Positions 8,905-17,440 of a stretch of DNA of 64,000 nt are shown here, one piece after another. The notes under the pieces are model-generated. The model had not been told where the DNA came from. It was given only the letters and a program-made list of their open reading frames with translations, and did not search any database. The DNA lies in the NCBI GenBank assembly GCA_016867265.1, contig VGJW01000015.1, positions 1,056-65,055 of the forward strand, written 5' to 3'. The translations under genes and the position numbers were made by a program. This DNA comes from Candidatus Tanganyikabacteria bacterium (GTDB lineage: Bacteria > Cyanobacteriota > Sericytochromatia > S15B-MN24 > VGJW01). The number at the start of each line of letters is the position of its first letter. Positions within the stretch are counted from its first letter, which is position 1.

Positions 8905-9822
8905 TCATGATAGGCCCGCAGGGGCTTCGGGTGAACCCCCCCCGGGGGGTGCTGCGGCGAGGACATCCTCCACCCAGCCCAGCACAAGCGGCCAAAGGAG
9001 CCTGCCGACCCCCTCCGCGAAGTAGGCCACGTGGCCGATCGACGCGAGGCCCAACTCCCGGGGCACGACTGTGATGTAACGAACCGGGGCGGCCGTGAGA
9101 CCGGACATGAAAGCCCGGACCGAGGCGGGTGGCGCCCACGGGTCATCCTCGGCTGTCACGGCGACGACAGGTCTCCGGATGGCCGCAAAGCGCACGGTCA
9201 TGCCGGACTCCGGATCATCGAAGAAGTAGCGGGGCAAACCGCACCAACGTCGCCAGTCCCGGTAGACGCCTGCCGGAAGCGGCTCCCCCATGCCCAGCCA
9301 AGGGGACGGGAGATAACCCAGCAGGGCTACCAGCGGTGGCCCTAGCACGGTCCACAACAGATGCAGGCGAGGACGCTCGGACCAATGCATATAGCCCATC
9401 CAGCCCGCCCCGTACCAAAGGCCACGAGGCCCCGCCGTCCGATGGACCTGAGGCACCATGCCCCAGGCCTGCCCTCCGAAGCTGTGCCCGATCATCACGA
9501 CGCGGGGGTGCAGCGCCAGGGCGAGCTCGAGAACGGCCGCGAGATCCAGTTCGGCCCACGCGGTGAAGCTGGCCGGAAAGCCACGCAACACGGCCGGCCG
9601 TGACGCCGCGATGCCCCTGTAGTCAAAGGTCAGGACGGCCATGCCCTGCTCGGCGCACCAGCGTGCGAAGCGTCCGTAGTAGCGCTGGGGCGCGCCCGTT
9701 GCGGGTCCGACCACGAGCAAGGCCCGGGCGACCTGCAGGTCTTCGGGACCGAACAGGCGCGCCGAGAGGCGATAGCCGTCGGCGGCCACGACCTCGAGGG
9801 GTTGCTCAACCACCACGGCCAT
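8905..9822 (-). CDS. Predicted alpha/beta hydrolase (COG4757-like)
   Basis: TFDYRGI, GHSFGG nucleophile elbow, EDDPW, IGH. Confidence 0.88.
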   Translation of the reverse strand: MAVVVEQPLEVVAADGYRLSARLFGPEDLQVARALLVVGPATGAPQRYYGRFARWCAEQGMAVLTFDYRGIAASRPAVLRGFPASFTAWAELDLAAVLELALALHPRVVMIGHSFGGQAWGMVPQVHRTAGPRGLWYGAGWMGYMHWSERPRLHLLWTVLGPPLVALLGYLPSPWLGMGEPLPAGVYRDWRRWCGLPRYFFDDPESGMTVRFAAIRRPVVAVTAEDDPWAPPASVRAFMSGLTAAPVRYITVVPRELGLASIGHVAYFAEGVGRLLWPLVLGWVEDVLAAAPPGGGSPEAPAGLS

Positions 9823-9825
9823 GAC

Positions 9826-11034
9826 TCAGGGCAACGACAACCTGAAGGTCACGCTGCGTAGCGGCAGGACTGCCACCAAGGCTTCCGTGAGGGCATCGAC
9901 CGCCACCTGTGGCCGATACTCGATGGGCTCGGACGTCGTGCACCCCGTAACGCTCGCCGTACCCGAATCCGAGCCCGCCACACCATCTAGGTTGCCCGCC
10001 GGCGCCGGCGCGCTGGGCGAGCTATCGGCTGAAGCCGCCTCGAGGGGAGAGGTCGTCGCGAGCCCGCCGGCTGAAGATGCGACATCGTCGGATACAGGCG
10101 CCAGCCGAGTCCCGTCGATCTGCCACCAAGACTTGCCGCCCGGCCCCTGCCGCAAGGTCAGCAACCACGTGCAGTCCTGGACCCGAACAGCCTTGAATAT
10201 CGGCTCACCTTCGACGACAAGCGAAGAGGTTGCGGGGGGACGGGGTGCCCCGTCCGTAGTCGCGCGGTAGCCGCTTGCGTAGGGCTGCAGGAGGGGTGCG
10301 TCGGCTTCCAGGATTTTGCCCGCCAGCGCCAGTGCCCGTTCCGGGGCAACGAGGGCCTTGGCGAGGTCGATCTCGACGAGGTTCGGCGCACCTCCCGAGG
10401 GCTGGTAACCCTCCAGCACATCCACGAAGGCGACGCTCTTGCCAAGCGTCAACCGCGCGTAGCCCTTCTGCTTGCCCAGGACGTGGACCTCGAGCAAGCC
10501 CGGTTCCGAACCGGACTTGCGCCATTGCACCCAGGCAACGCGCCCGAGGCCCAGCGCCCGCTGAACCTCGGCAACCTGCTCCAGCCTGGCCGGCCATGTG
10601 TCCCTGACCGGAAGGTCGGCACGTTGCCAGCCCTCCGCTTGGCTGAATGCGAAGGGAATCGAGGCAAAGCCCGGCTCGATTTCAATCAGGGCCCACTTTT
10701 CGAGTTCGACATCGGGAACCTTGCACGGCAGAGGACCCCGGGGCGACTCCACGCCGCCGGGGTCGGTAGTCTTGTTGAGGGCCGACGTGTTGTTGAGCGC
10801 GGAGGTGTTGTTGAGCGCGGAGGTGTTGTTGAGCGCGGAGGTGTTGTTCAGTGCCCACGTGTTGTTGAGGTCTGCCGGTCGGGCACCGACGACCAATTTC
10901 AGGCCACCACCCGTGCCGCCGATGCCGGTCGCGATCGCACCCTGCTGCAACACCGCGGGCGGCTTGGTCGAAACGTCGACGGCGACACAACCCGACATCA
11001 CGGCCAGACAAACCAGCAGACGAACGGGCTGCAT
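9826..11034 (-). CDS. Hypothetical lipoprotein with LNNTSA repeats and PepSY-like segments
   Basis: Signal MQPVRLLVCLAVMSG-C; tandem repeat; motif order shared with neighbouring lipoprotein. Confidence 0.7.
   Translation of the reverse strand: MQPVRLLVCLAVMSGCVAVDVSTKPPAVLQQGAIATGIGGTGGGLKLVVGARPADLNNTWALNNTSALNNTSALNNTSALNNTSALNKTTDPGGVESPRGPLPCKVPDVELEKWALIEIEPGFASIPFAFSQAEGWQRADLPVRDTWPARLEQVAEVQRALGLGRVAWVQWRKSGSEPGLLEVHVLGKQKGYARLTLGKSVAFVDVLEGYQPSGGAPNLVEIDLAKALVAPERALALAGKILEADAPLLQPYASGYRATTDGAPRPPATSSLVVEGEPIFKAVRVQDCTWLLTLRQGPGGKSWWQIDGTRLAPVSDDVASSAGGLATTSPLEAASADSSPSAPAPAGNLDGVAGSDSGTASVTGCTTSEPIEYRPQVAVDALTEALVAVLPLRSVTFRLSLP
10771..10870 (-). repeat. 18-bp coding tandem repeat, about 5.5 copies (LNNT[SW]A)
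   Basis: Unit GTGTTGTTGAGCGCGGAG on + strand, three exact copies flanked by degenerate ones. Confidence 0.92.
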
Positions 11035-11190
11035 CTGGATTCTCCCCCACCCTCCGGCCCCGGAGTTACCAGCAGCCTTGTACCGCAAGACGGACTGCAT
11101 CATTCAGCGCGCCGGGGTCCCCGTGTCGCGAAGCGCCACGAAGACCCCGGCCGGGACGTGCCCCATTCAGGACACGGCAGCAGACCCTGC

Positions 11191-13050
11191 CTAAGCGCCT
11201 GTCTTGGTGCCGGCCTCGGCTCCGCCTGCGGCACCTGCGTCACCACCCGTATCCAAGCCGTCGGGGAGAGGCTCCCCGCCATCCGGTCCGGCGGGTTCCT
11301 CAGCCACGGGCTCGCCAGTCGGCGGCTCCTCGGTCACGGGGTCCTCGGCAACCGGTTTCTCGACGACTGGGTCACCAGACGGCACTGGCTCCGTGGGCGG
11401 TTGCGGCTTGGGCTCCTCGGCCACCGGCGGCTCAGGGAAGACACAATCCTCACAAGGCGGTCCGAAAAGCGGCATCCGGTAGTAATAGGTCACCTGCCGG
11501 GGGAGCATGGCAGCCAAGACCTTGCCCGAGACGGCATCCACGGCCGCGGCAAACGGTTGGAGGTAGCTTGCCTTGCGAACTTCCCACCCCGTGATGGGGG
11601 CTCCCGGTCTCGTGACACCCACGGAGGGGGACGTCATGGTCGGCAGTGCCAACGGCACGTCCCGGACCGGGTAGACCGGAATGGAACCCTCTGCGTCGGC
11701 ATCGCCCGGGGCAGGCAAACCGACATAGCCTTCCTGGGCATCCGGGGCACCGGCATCGATGGGCATTGGCGCTTCGGACGACGTGTCGCCACCCTCCGCG
11801 GCCAAATCCTGAACCCGACGATAAACGGCCTCCTTCGTCACGGGGTAGGCACCATCGGAGGAACCCGAGCCGATGGCCGACTCCATCGCCTCATACGGGT
11901 AGGCGTTGACCAACCAGATGAGCTGACCGGATGCGGCCTTCTGCAGCGTGACGTGCCAGCCGGTACCGGCGGGCAACTCGCTAAGGACCGACTTGACCGG
12001 CTGCGGCAGGTCGGGCATGGGCGGCATCGTGACGCTCGGCGAATCCGTTCCGGAATCGGGTGGCAAGGGCCCCCAGATCGAGATGGGCTCACTTGGCATC
12101 GTGCTGTCGCCACCCTCCACGGTGCCGACGACGGCTTCACCCTGCACACGGCGCATCATCGGGACAGGCTTGCTGACAATGGCATCACCTGCGGGCTCCG
12201 ACCCGGTTGAACCGGACACGGCCCCGGGTTCGCCCTTGGGCATCGGGAACAGGTCATCGCCAAACGGCATGTCCTGCAACGATCCCTCGGCAAGGCGGGC
12301 CCGCAGGGCGGCAACGGCCTCCATCGGACTGACCTTGACGGCATCGAGGTCCAACGAGGCCTCCATCGGAACGACGGCGCCTGCCTGCTCCGCGACATAG
12401 GACAGATCGGCCCCGTCAGGCGTCACGACGACCTGGGCGAAGCCTCCCTTGGCACCGGCAAAGGCAAAGGACCAGACTGGATTGGGCTCCAGCTGGCCGC
12501 CCACGGCAAAGGGCCTCGCGTCATCGAGGACCGAAGCAAGCTTGCGGGCAATGAGCGAGGCCTCGCCAAAGTCCTTGGATCCGAAATCCAGGTGCATGCC
12601 CTGCCAGCTGTCCTCGAGAAGCGGCGGTGCAGGCATCGAAGCCATGGGTGGCAGGGCATCCGCCTCGGGCATGGGCTTGGGCGCGAAGCCGGGTTGAGGC
12701 AACCGGGAGGGAACGCCCGCATGTACCGAACCGTCCGCACCCGCCGGCAACGAGGCACCCCCATTGGGCTCTCTGCGGCCCGCCCCGCCCGCCGTCGGCG
12801 CCTGCAAGACATTGCCTGAGGGGCGCGCCACCTTGCCCACCTTGGCCGACACGTCCACGGCAGCAAGCCGGGCCAACAGGTTCGCGGCGATGTCCGACGG
12901 AGTCGCGGGACCCTTGTTCGCATCCGTCCCCGCCGCGTCGGACGCCTTGCCGTCGACCGCCGGATTGGTCGCCAGCAAGGCCTTGACCGCCTGGCCATCG
13001 CACCCCGTCAATGATGCCAGCAGAAGGGCCCTGACCACATGCCGTCTCAC
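11191..13050 (-). CDS. Large Pro/acidic-rich hypothetical lipoprotein with PepSY-like segments
   Basis: GGAGG RBS then GTG 13050; signal VRRHVVRALLLASLTG-C; EP/PV-rich tail; VDAVSGKVL. Confidence 0.72.
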   Translation of the reverse strand: MRRHVVRALLLASLTGCDGQAVKALLATNPAVDGKASDAAGTDANKGPATPSDIAANLLARLAAVDVSAKVGKVARPSGNVLQAPTAGGAGRREPNGGASLPAGADGSVHAGVPSRLPQPGFAPKPMPEADALPPMASMPAPPLLEDSWQGMHLDFGSKDFGEASLIARKLASVLDDARPFAVGGQLEPNPVWSFAFAGAKGGFAQVVVTPDGADLSYVAEQAGAVVPMEASLDLDAVKVSPMEAVAALRARLAEGSLQDMPFGDDLFPMPKGEPGAVSGSTGSEPAGDAIVSKPVPMMRRVQGEAVVGTVEGGDSTMPSEPISIWGPLPPDSGTDSPSVTMPPMPDLPQPVKSVLSELPAGTGWHVTLQKAASGQLIWLVNAYPYEAMESAIGSGSSDGAYPVTKEAVYRRVQDLAAEGGDTSSEAPMPIDAGAPDAQEGYVGLPAPGDADAEGSIPVYPVRDVPLALPTMTSPSVGVTRPGAPITGWEVRKASYLQPFAAAVDAVSGKVLAAMLPRQVTYYYRMPLFGPPCEDCVFPEPPVAEEPKPQPPTEPVPSGDPVVEKPVAEDPVTEEPPTGEPVAEEPAGPDGGEPLPDGLDTGGDAGAAGGAEAGTKTGA

Positions 13051-13131
13051 GTTCCGACCTCCTCGGCCATTGGCCTTTGAACCGCCTAGGTATTCCTGTA
13101 CCCGTCTCGTTCGTTTACAACACACAAGCAC

Positions 13132-13166
13132 TTGAAAATGTAAACTTTTCTTGTATACTTCGTCAA
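13132..13166. promoter_or_regulatory. Overlapping divergent sigma70-like promoters
   Basis: + strand TTGAAA(13132)-N16-TATACT(13154); - strand TTGACG(13166)-N18-TACATT; AT-rich island. Confidence 0.6.
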
Positions 13167-13171
13167 GCACC

Positions 13172-14308
13172 ATGTCGGAATCCTTGGACCAAGAACCTGC
13201 GAGCGGCCCCGAACGGCCCTTCGGGGAGGCCTTGGTCGGCCTGATGGGGACACGAGGCCTGGACTACCGCACCCTGGGCAGACTCGTGGGCGTATCCCAC
13301 GCCCACCTCTGGCAACTGGTTCGCGCCTCCCGAGAAGCCGCACGGACCGGAACCGTGCCCGCGCGGCGGCCAACGAGCGACTTGATTCATCGTCTCTGCG
13401 AGGTCCTCGAGGTCACGGCCGAGGCCCTCGGGGGTGATCCCGAAGCGCCCGGCGACACTCGGAACAGGCAGTTGCCCCCGGTCCTCACCCACGCGCCCCT
13501 GCGGCCCGAGGCCCCGGGACGATTCGAGGCCGGCCTCGCCAGCCTGCGCCAAGGCCAGCCGGATCGGGCCATCCTGCTCCTCCGCAAGGCCACTCGGGAT
13601 GGGGAAGTCTCGCTGGCCCTCGCAGAGGCCGGGTTGGGTGTCGCCTACCTGAAAGCCGGTCGGCCGGTTGAAGCCGAGCGTGCCTTTACGGCAGCAATGG
13701 AACACCTTGAGGATCGGACGGAGGCATCCCCGAAACGTGCCGACCTCCTGTACGACCGCGGTCTGGCCCGCCAGGAACTGGGTCACCATGGCGCCGCCTG
13801 CGCAGACTTCAAGGCCGCCATCGCCGCAGGTCTCGACCAACCGGACCGTGCCCTTGCCGGTCATTGCTACAGCGGCTTGGCCCTCGGGCGCTGGCGCGCC
13901 GTAACGCGAGACGTCCTCGCCTGGACCGGGCGTCCCGAGGCCGAGCAGGTCCATGCGACCTCGTCGCTGGACCTGCGTGCCTACGGGGCCTATGCCATGA
14001 GCCGCCTCGGCCAGCATGCGGCGGCCCTCGCCATGGTCGACACCGTGGTCCTGCTCTGCCCGACCTACTGGTATGGCCTGTACGTGCGTGCCGCGGTGCG
14101 CGCGCGGGCAGCGGCGCGGGCACGCCCATCCGGTGTGGTGGCGCGCATGCTCGTCGAGAGTTGCCTTGCCGATGCCGTCCGAATCCTGCGAATCAATCCG
14201 GAGGCCCGGGACATCCTGCTCCGGGACGATGATGCCGACTTCACCAGCGTGGCGGCATTGCCGGCTTGGCAGAGCCTGCTCGAACGATCCGAGGTTCCCG
14301 ACCGATGA
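13172..14308 (+). CDS. XRE-family HTH protein with TPR repeats
   Basis: RGLDYRTLGRLVGVSHAHLWQL..PTSDLIHRLCEVLEV; TPR patterns LGVAYLKAGRPVEAERAF, LYDRGLARQELG. Confidence 0.8.
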   Translation: MSESLDQEPASGPERPFGEALVGLMGTRGLDYRTLGRLVGVSHAHLWQLVRASREAARTGTVPARRPTSDLIHRLCEVLEVTAEALGGDPEAPGDTRNRQLPPVLTHAPLRPEAPGRFEAGLASLRQGQPDRAILLLRKATRDGEVSLALAEAGLGVAYLKAGRPVEAERAFTAAMEHLEDRTEASPKRADLLYDRGLARQELGHHGAACADFKAAIAAGLDQPDRALAGHCYSGLALGRWRAVTRDVLAWTGRPEAEQVHATSSLDLRAYGAYAMSRLGQHAAALAMVDTVVLLCPTYWYGLYVRAAVRARAAARARPSGVVARMLVESCLADAVRILRINPEARDILLRDDDADFTSVAALPAWQSLLERSEVPDR

Positions 14309-14676
14309 CCAGACTCCGCGGCGGCGCGCTCATCGTCCTGCTGACCGGCTGCATCGTACGTGGGCCGGTCGAACCCATCGTGCCTGTCCTGCCAGCCCTG
14401 ACCGCAGGGAGCGGCGCCTCCGCGGCCCCCGAACGCCAGGCCCCCGCAGCCTCCGACAACCAGCAGGCAGATCCGGCCTCTGCCCGATCCGATCTGGCCC
14501 CGGGCGCAGGCATCCCCCTCGCCCACCCGGTGGCCGGCGGCGCAGCAGGTACACCGCTGGCCAGCCCCTCTGCGGAACCATCACCCTCAGCGAGGCCTTC
14601 ACCTTCCGCCCCCACGCCCGCACCCACCGACGAGACGCCACTTCCCTCTCCGACTCCCGGACCGGATGCGCCTTGA
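14305..14676 (+). CDS. Small Pro/Ala/Ser-rich lipoprotein
   Basis: MTRLRGGALIVLLTG-C lipobox; ATGA overlap with upstream gene. Confidence 0.6.
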   Translation: MTRLRGGALIVLLTGCIVRGPVEPIVPVLPALTAGSGASAAPERQAPAASDNQQADPASARSDLAPGAGIPLAHPVAGGAAGTPLASPSAEPSPSARPSPSAPTPAPTDETPLPSPTPGPDAP

Positions 14677-14690
14677 GGTAGGCTGGAGCC

Positions 14691-15146
14691 ATGCAAGCTC
14701 CCGACCTCGCCAAGTCCTGCCCACGCAGCCCCCTCGACCGTTTGGGCGACCTGCCGTGGCTGCCACGCCTCATCGACAAGGCGCGTGCCCATCTGGCCGG
14801 CACGATGGGCGATTATATCCCCTATCCCTGCGGCGGGGATCAGCGTTTCCTCGACACGTTCGGCCTCGATGCCAACGCATTGCTGGGGGTGATCGGACAA
14901 GGCCTGTCCGACGAGGCCGTGGCCGAGTGGGTCCGTCTTGAAGCCACCGAGGACCTGCAAGAAGGGGTCCGTGTCCTGCTGGCCCACTTCGAGGCACCCA
15001 TCCCCCCTGATGACGCCGATCGCCTGTTCCGTCTGCAGCAAGCCCGTGCCGAGTTGCAGCAGGCGCGACCAGACCTCGACCTAACATGGGTCGACAACTT
15101 CACCAAGCTGATTCTCGCCGAAGAGGGCCATCCCCGCTTGGCCTGA
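14691..15146 (+). CDS. DUF5069-like protein
   Basis: PRSP..LG..WLPRLIDKARA..G..GDY..C..D. Confidence 0.8.
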   Translation: MQAPDLAKSCPRSPLDRLGDLPWLPRLIDKARAHLAGTMGDYIPYPCGGDQRFLDTFGLDANALLGVIGQGLSDEAVAEWVRLEATEDLQEGVRVLLAHFEAPIPPDDADRLFRLQQARAELQQARPDLDLTWVDNFTKLILAEEGHPRLA

Positions 15147-15151
15147 AGGAT

Positions 15152-15186
15152 TTTACAAAACCTAAACGAAAACACTACAATTAGGT
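15152..15186 (+). promoter_or_regulatory. Sigma70-like promoter with overlapping inverted repeat
   Basis: TTTACA-N18-TACAAT; ACCTAA-N15-TTAGGT. Confidence 0.55.
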
Positions 15187-15229
15187 ACGTCTTCCTTAGC
15201 CCGAGCGGGTCTGATTCGGAAACTTGCTG

Positions 15230-15967
15230 ATGCGCCATCTTTCGCCCGTACCCGTGCTCGCCACGGTCCTGTTTCCGCTCGTGGCCTGTGGCTCGGGCCT
15301 TTCCCCCCGACCAGGGACCATCGTCACCCCCGAGCAGCCTGCGGCGTCGCTACCGCCGCGCGCGGACCAACCCGGGCAACCGGCCGGCGATGCCTTCGTG
15401 TCGCGGCCGGGCGCTGAAAGCGACCTGCTGGTGCGCGTCTGGCGCGACGGCCTCGCCGGTGCGCTTGCCCATGACCACGTCATCGAAGCGACATCCTTTC
15501 GGGGCGATGTCGTCGTACCGCGACAACCCGGGGATATGGCCGCCGTCAGCTTCGACGTCGATGCCCGAAGCCTTCGCCCCGACCGTCCCGACCTGCGTCG
15601 CAAGGTCGGCCTTCCCGGTACTTTGTCGGAGGGCGATCGCAATACAGTCCTCGATCACATGCAGGATGCCAGCCAACTCGATGTCGCGCGCCACCCCTCG
15701 ATCCGATTCCGGTCGAGCCGCGTTCTGCCCCTCGGGAACGGCCTGTGGGATGTAGAGGGCAACTTCACGCTGCACGGCGTGACGAGACCGCTCCGCGCCC
15801 GGATGACGGTCGCCCAGGAGGGAGGCCGCCTGAGGGCTCGGGGCAGCTTCCGCCTCCTGACCAGCAACTACGGTATCCGGCCCTACGAGGCGTTGGGCGG
15901 CCTGCTCAAGAACAAGGACCAGATCGACATCCAGCTCGATCTGGCCCTGGATCCCGCAAGGCCCTGA
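15230..15967 (+). CDS. YceI family lipoprotein
   Basis: LVA-C lipobox; AHDHVI, LDVARHPSIRFRS, GNFTLHGVTRP. Confidence 0.87.
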   Translation: MRHLSPVPVLATVLFPLVACGSGLSPRPGTIVTPEQPAASLPPRADQPGQPAGDAFVSRPGAESDLLVRVWRDGLAGALAHDHVIEATSFRGDVVVPRQPGDMAAVSFDVDARSLRPDRPDLRRKVGLPGTLSEGDRNTVLDHMQDASQLDVARHPSIRFRSSRVLPLGNGLWDVEGNFTLHGVTRPLRARMTVAQEGGRLRARGSFRLLTSNYGIRPYEALGGLLKNKDQIDIQLDLALDPARP

Positions 15968-15968
15968 C

Positions 15969-16577
15969 CTACAGCGGCGCGTAGATACCGATGACGTGAC
16001 GGTTGCCCGGCGGGAAGTTGGCTCGGCCGCCGTAGCTCATCTCACCGTCGTTCAGGAAGCGGCCGCCCCCCATCGCCACGGCGATGTCGCCGGCCACCGG
16101 GTGCGCCGTACCCGGCGTTCCAGGCCGGACGACGACAATCGCGCCCTTGGGTGCGTCGTAAGGGTTGTCGATGGGCAGGAGCTGCATCCCGAGTCGTTTC
16201 GCATTGTCGCCGGCGTTCAGGTACTCGCCGAACTGGCGCGCATAGGCCGAATGCGAGTCGGGGATGCTTGACGGCGTCAGCTTGGCATAGCCGGACGCCA
16301 TCAGATGACCCCAGACCTCGCGGTAACACCAGCCATCGGGAGACTTTCCGCCCGCCCTGGAGTTGGCCACGCGGGCCAGACGCTCCATGTCGGCACGACC
16401 TTCCGGAGAGATGCCCGAAGCTGCGGCCTGCGACAGTTTCAAGCTGTCGGCAATCATACGCTCGATCTCCCGCTCGCCGCGCCCGGGGCCAGCCCCGGGT
16501 TGCTCACCAGGACCGAACGGCAAATGCACGAGCCGCGCCTTGAGTGCGCCTTGGTTGAAGCGATCCAGCGGTTCCAT
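15969..16577 (-). CDS. Hypothetical protein, CHAP/NlpC-like putative cell-wall amidase domain
   Basis: GWCYREV, APKGAIVVV, AHPVAGDIAV, VIGIYAP; no signal peptide. Confidence 0.6.
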   Translation of the reverse strand: MEPLDRFNQGALKARLVHLPFGPGEQPGAGPGRGEREIERMIADSLKLSQAAASGISPEGRADMERLARVANSRAGGKSPDGWCYREVWGHLMASGYAKLTPSSIPDSHSAYARQFGEYLNAGDNAKRLGMQLLPIDNPYDAPKGAIVVVRPGTPGTAHPVAGDIAVAMGGGRFLNDGEMSYGGRANFPPGNRHVIGIYAPL

Positions 16578-16693
16578 GAGACGCCCCCCTGCAGATAGAG
16601 ACCACGGTTTCCCCCCCCGGGAAACGGGGCCTGCCCAACGTGTCTATCGTGGAGAATGTCGTGTGGCTGGCGCGCCTCGACGCTAACTCATGT

Positions 16694-17392
16694 TTAAGGT
16701 TTGACGGCCTGGCCAACCGCTACAGGCAGCTTGTCGAAGACATAGCCACCCTTGCGCGCGCCCCAGACCTGCCGGCCAGATGCATCGTAGCCCCGGTCCC
16801 AGGAGATCACGCGGCGTCCGTCGACGGAGACCTCGCTGGTCGCATATGTGGCGCCGTTGATGTCGCTGCCGCAAGCGAGGCCTTCGGTCCCGCCGACATA
16901 GCCCGCGGCTGTGCGCGCCAGAAACACCCCGCAGCCCGCCCGGTCGTTCAGCGACGCAGGGTTCAGGGACGGCAAGGGGTTGGCAGACTTCCAAGCTCCG
17001 ATGGCCGCGTCCGGATCGGGCAGGGTGAAGATCGCACTCTCGAAACGGTCTGCGGCGACGCGCGTCAACCTGTAGACGCGCTGGCGGTAGGGCGCGTCCA
17101 AGTGGGTCGCCATGGCCTGCTCGACATAGAGCCAGACCGCGTCGCTGCGCCATCGCCAGATCCGGGCGATGTGCAGGCGCACGTCGAAGAACGCCGGGTC
17201 GGCGATGGATTGCGCCGTGCTGGCATAGGAGCCGGCCATCCAGCTGCCGAGCTTGACCAACTCCGCATCACGGACGGTCTCGCTGCCCGGCACGGCGGCC
17301 GCCGCTGGGGACCCGGCAGAGGCGGCGGCCAACGGGGCAGCAACGCCACATCCAACGAGCAGAACGGTAGGCAGGAAAGGAATTATGCGCAT
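16694..17392 (-). CDS. CpcT/CpeT family chromophore lyase-like lipoprotein
   Basis: WLYVEQA..PYRQRVY, RAGC, GATYATSEV, SWDRGYD..QVWG; LVG-C lipobox. Confidence 0.9.
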   Translation of the reverse strand: MRIIPFLPTVLLVGCGVAAPLAAASAGSPAAAAVPGSETVRDAELVKLGSWMAGSYASTAQSIADPAFFDVRLHIARIWRWRSDAVWLYVEQAMATHLDAPYRQRVYRLTRVAADRFESAIFTLPDPDAAIGAWKSANPLPSLNPASLNDRAGCGVFLARTAAGYVGGTEGLACGSDINGATYATSEVSVDGRRVISWDRGYDASGRQVWGARKGGYVFDKLPVAVGQAVKP

Positions 17393-17440
17393 GATGGTTA
17401 AAGTCAACCATGCGCCGTCGCTGTTAAGGAATTGACAACC

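Noticed and set aside
10771..10870. Tandem repeat as a CRISPR array
   Set aside because: 18-bp head-to-tail units without spacers, in frame within a CDS; no cas genes
13172..14308. XRE gene as a prophage repressor
   Set aside because: Fused to TPRs; no phage genes nearby
16607..16626. C8 tract and hairpin as a phase-variation switch
   Set aside because: Intergenic, short, and forms part of a simple hairpin; no evidence of variability
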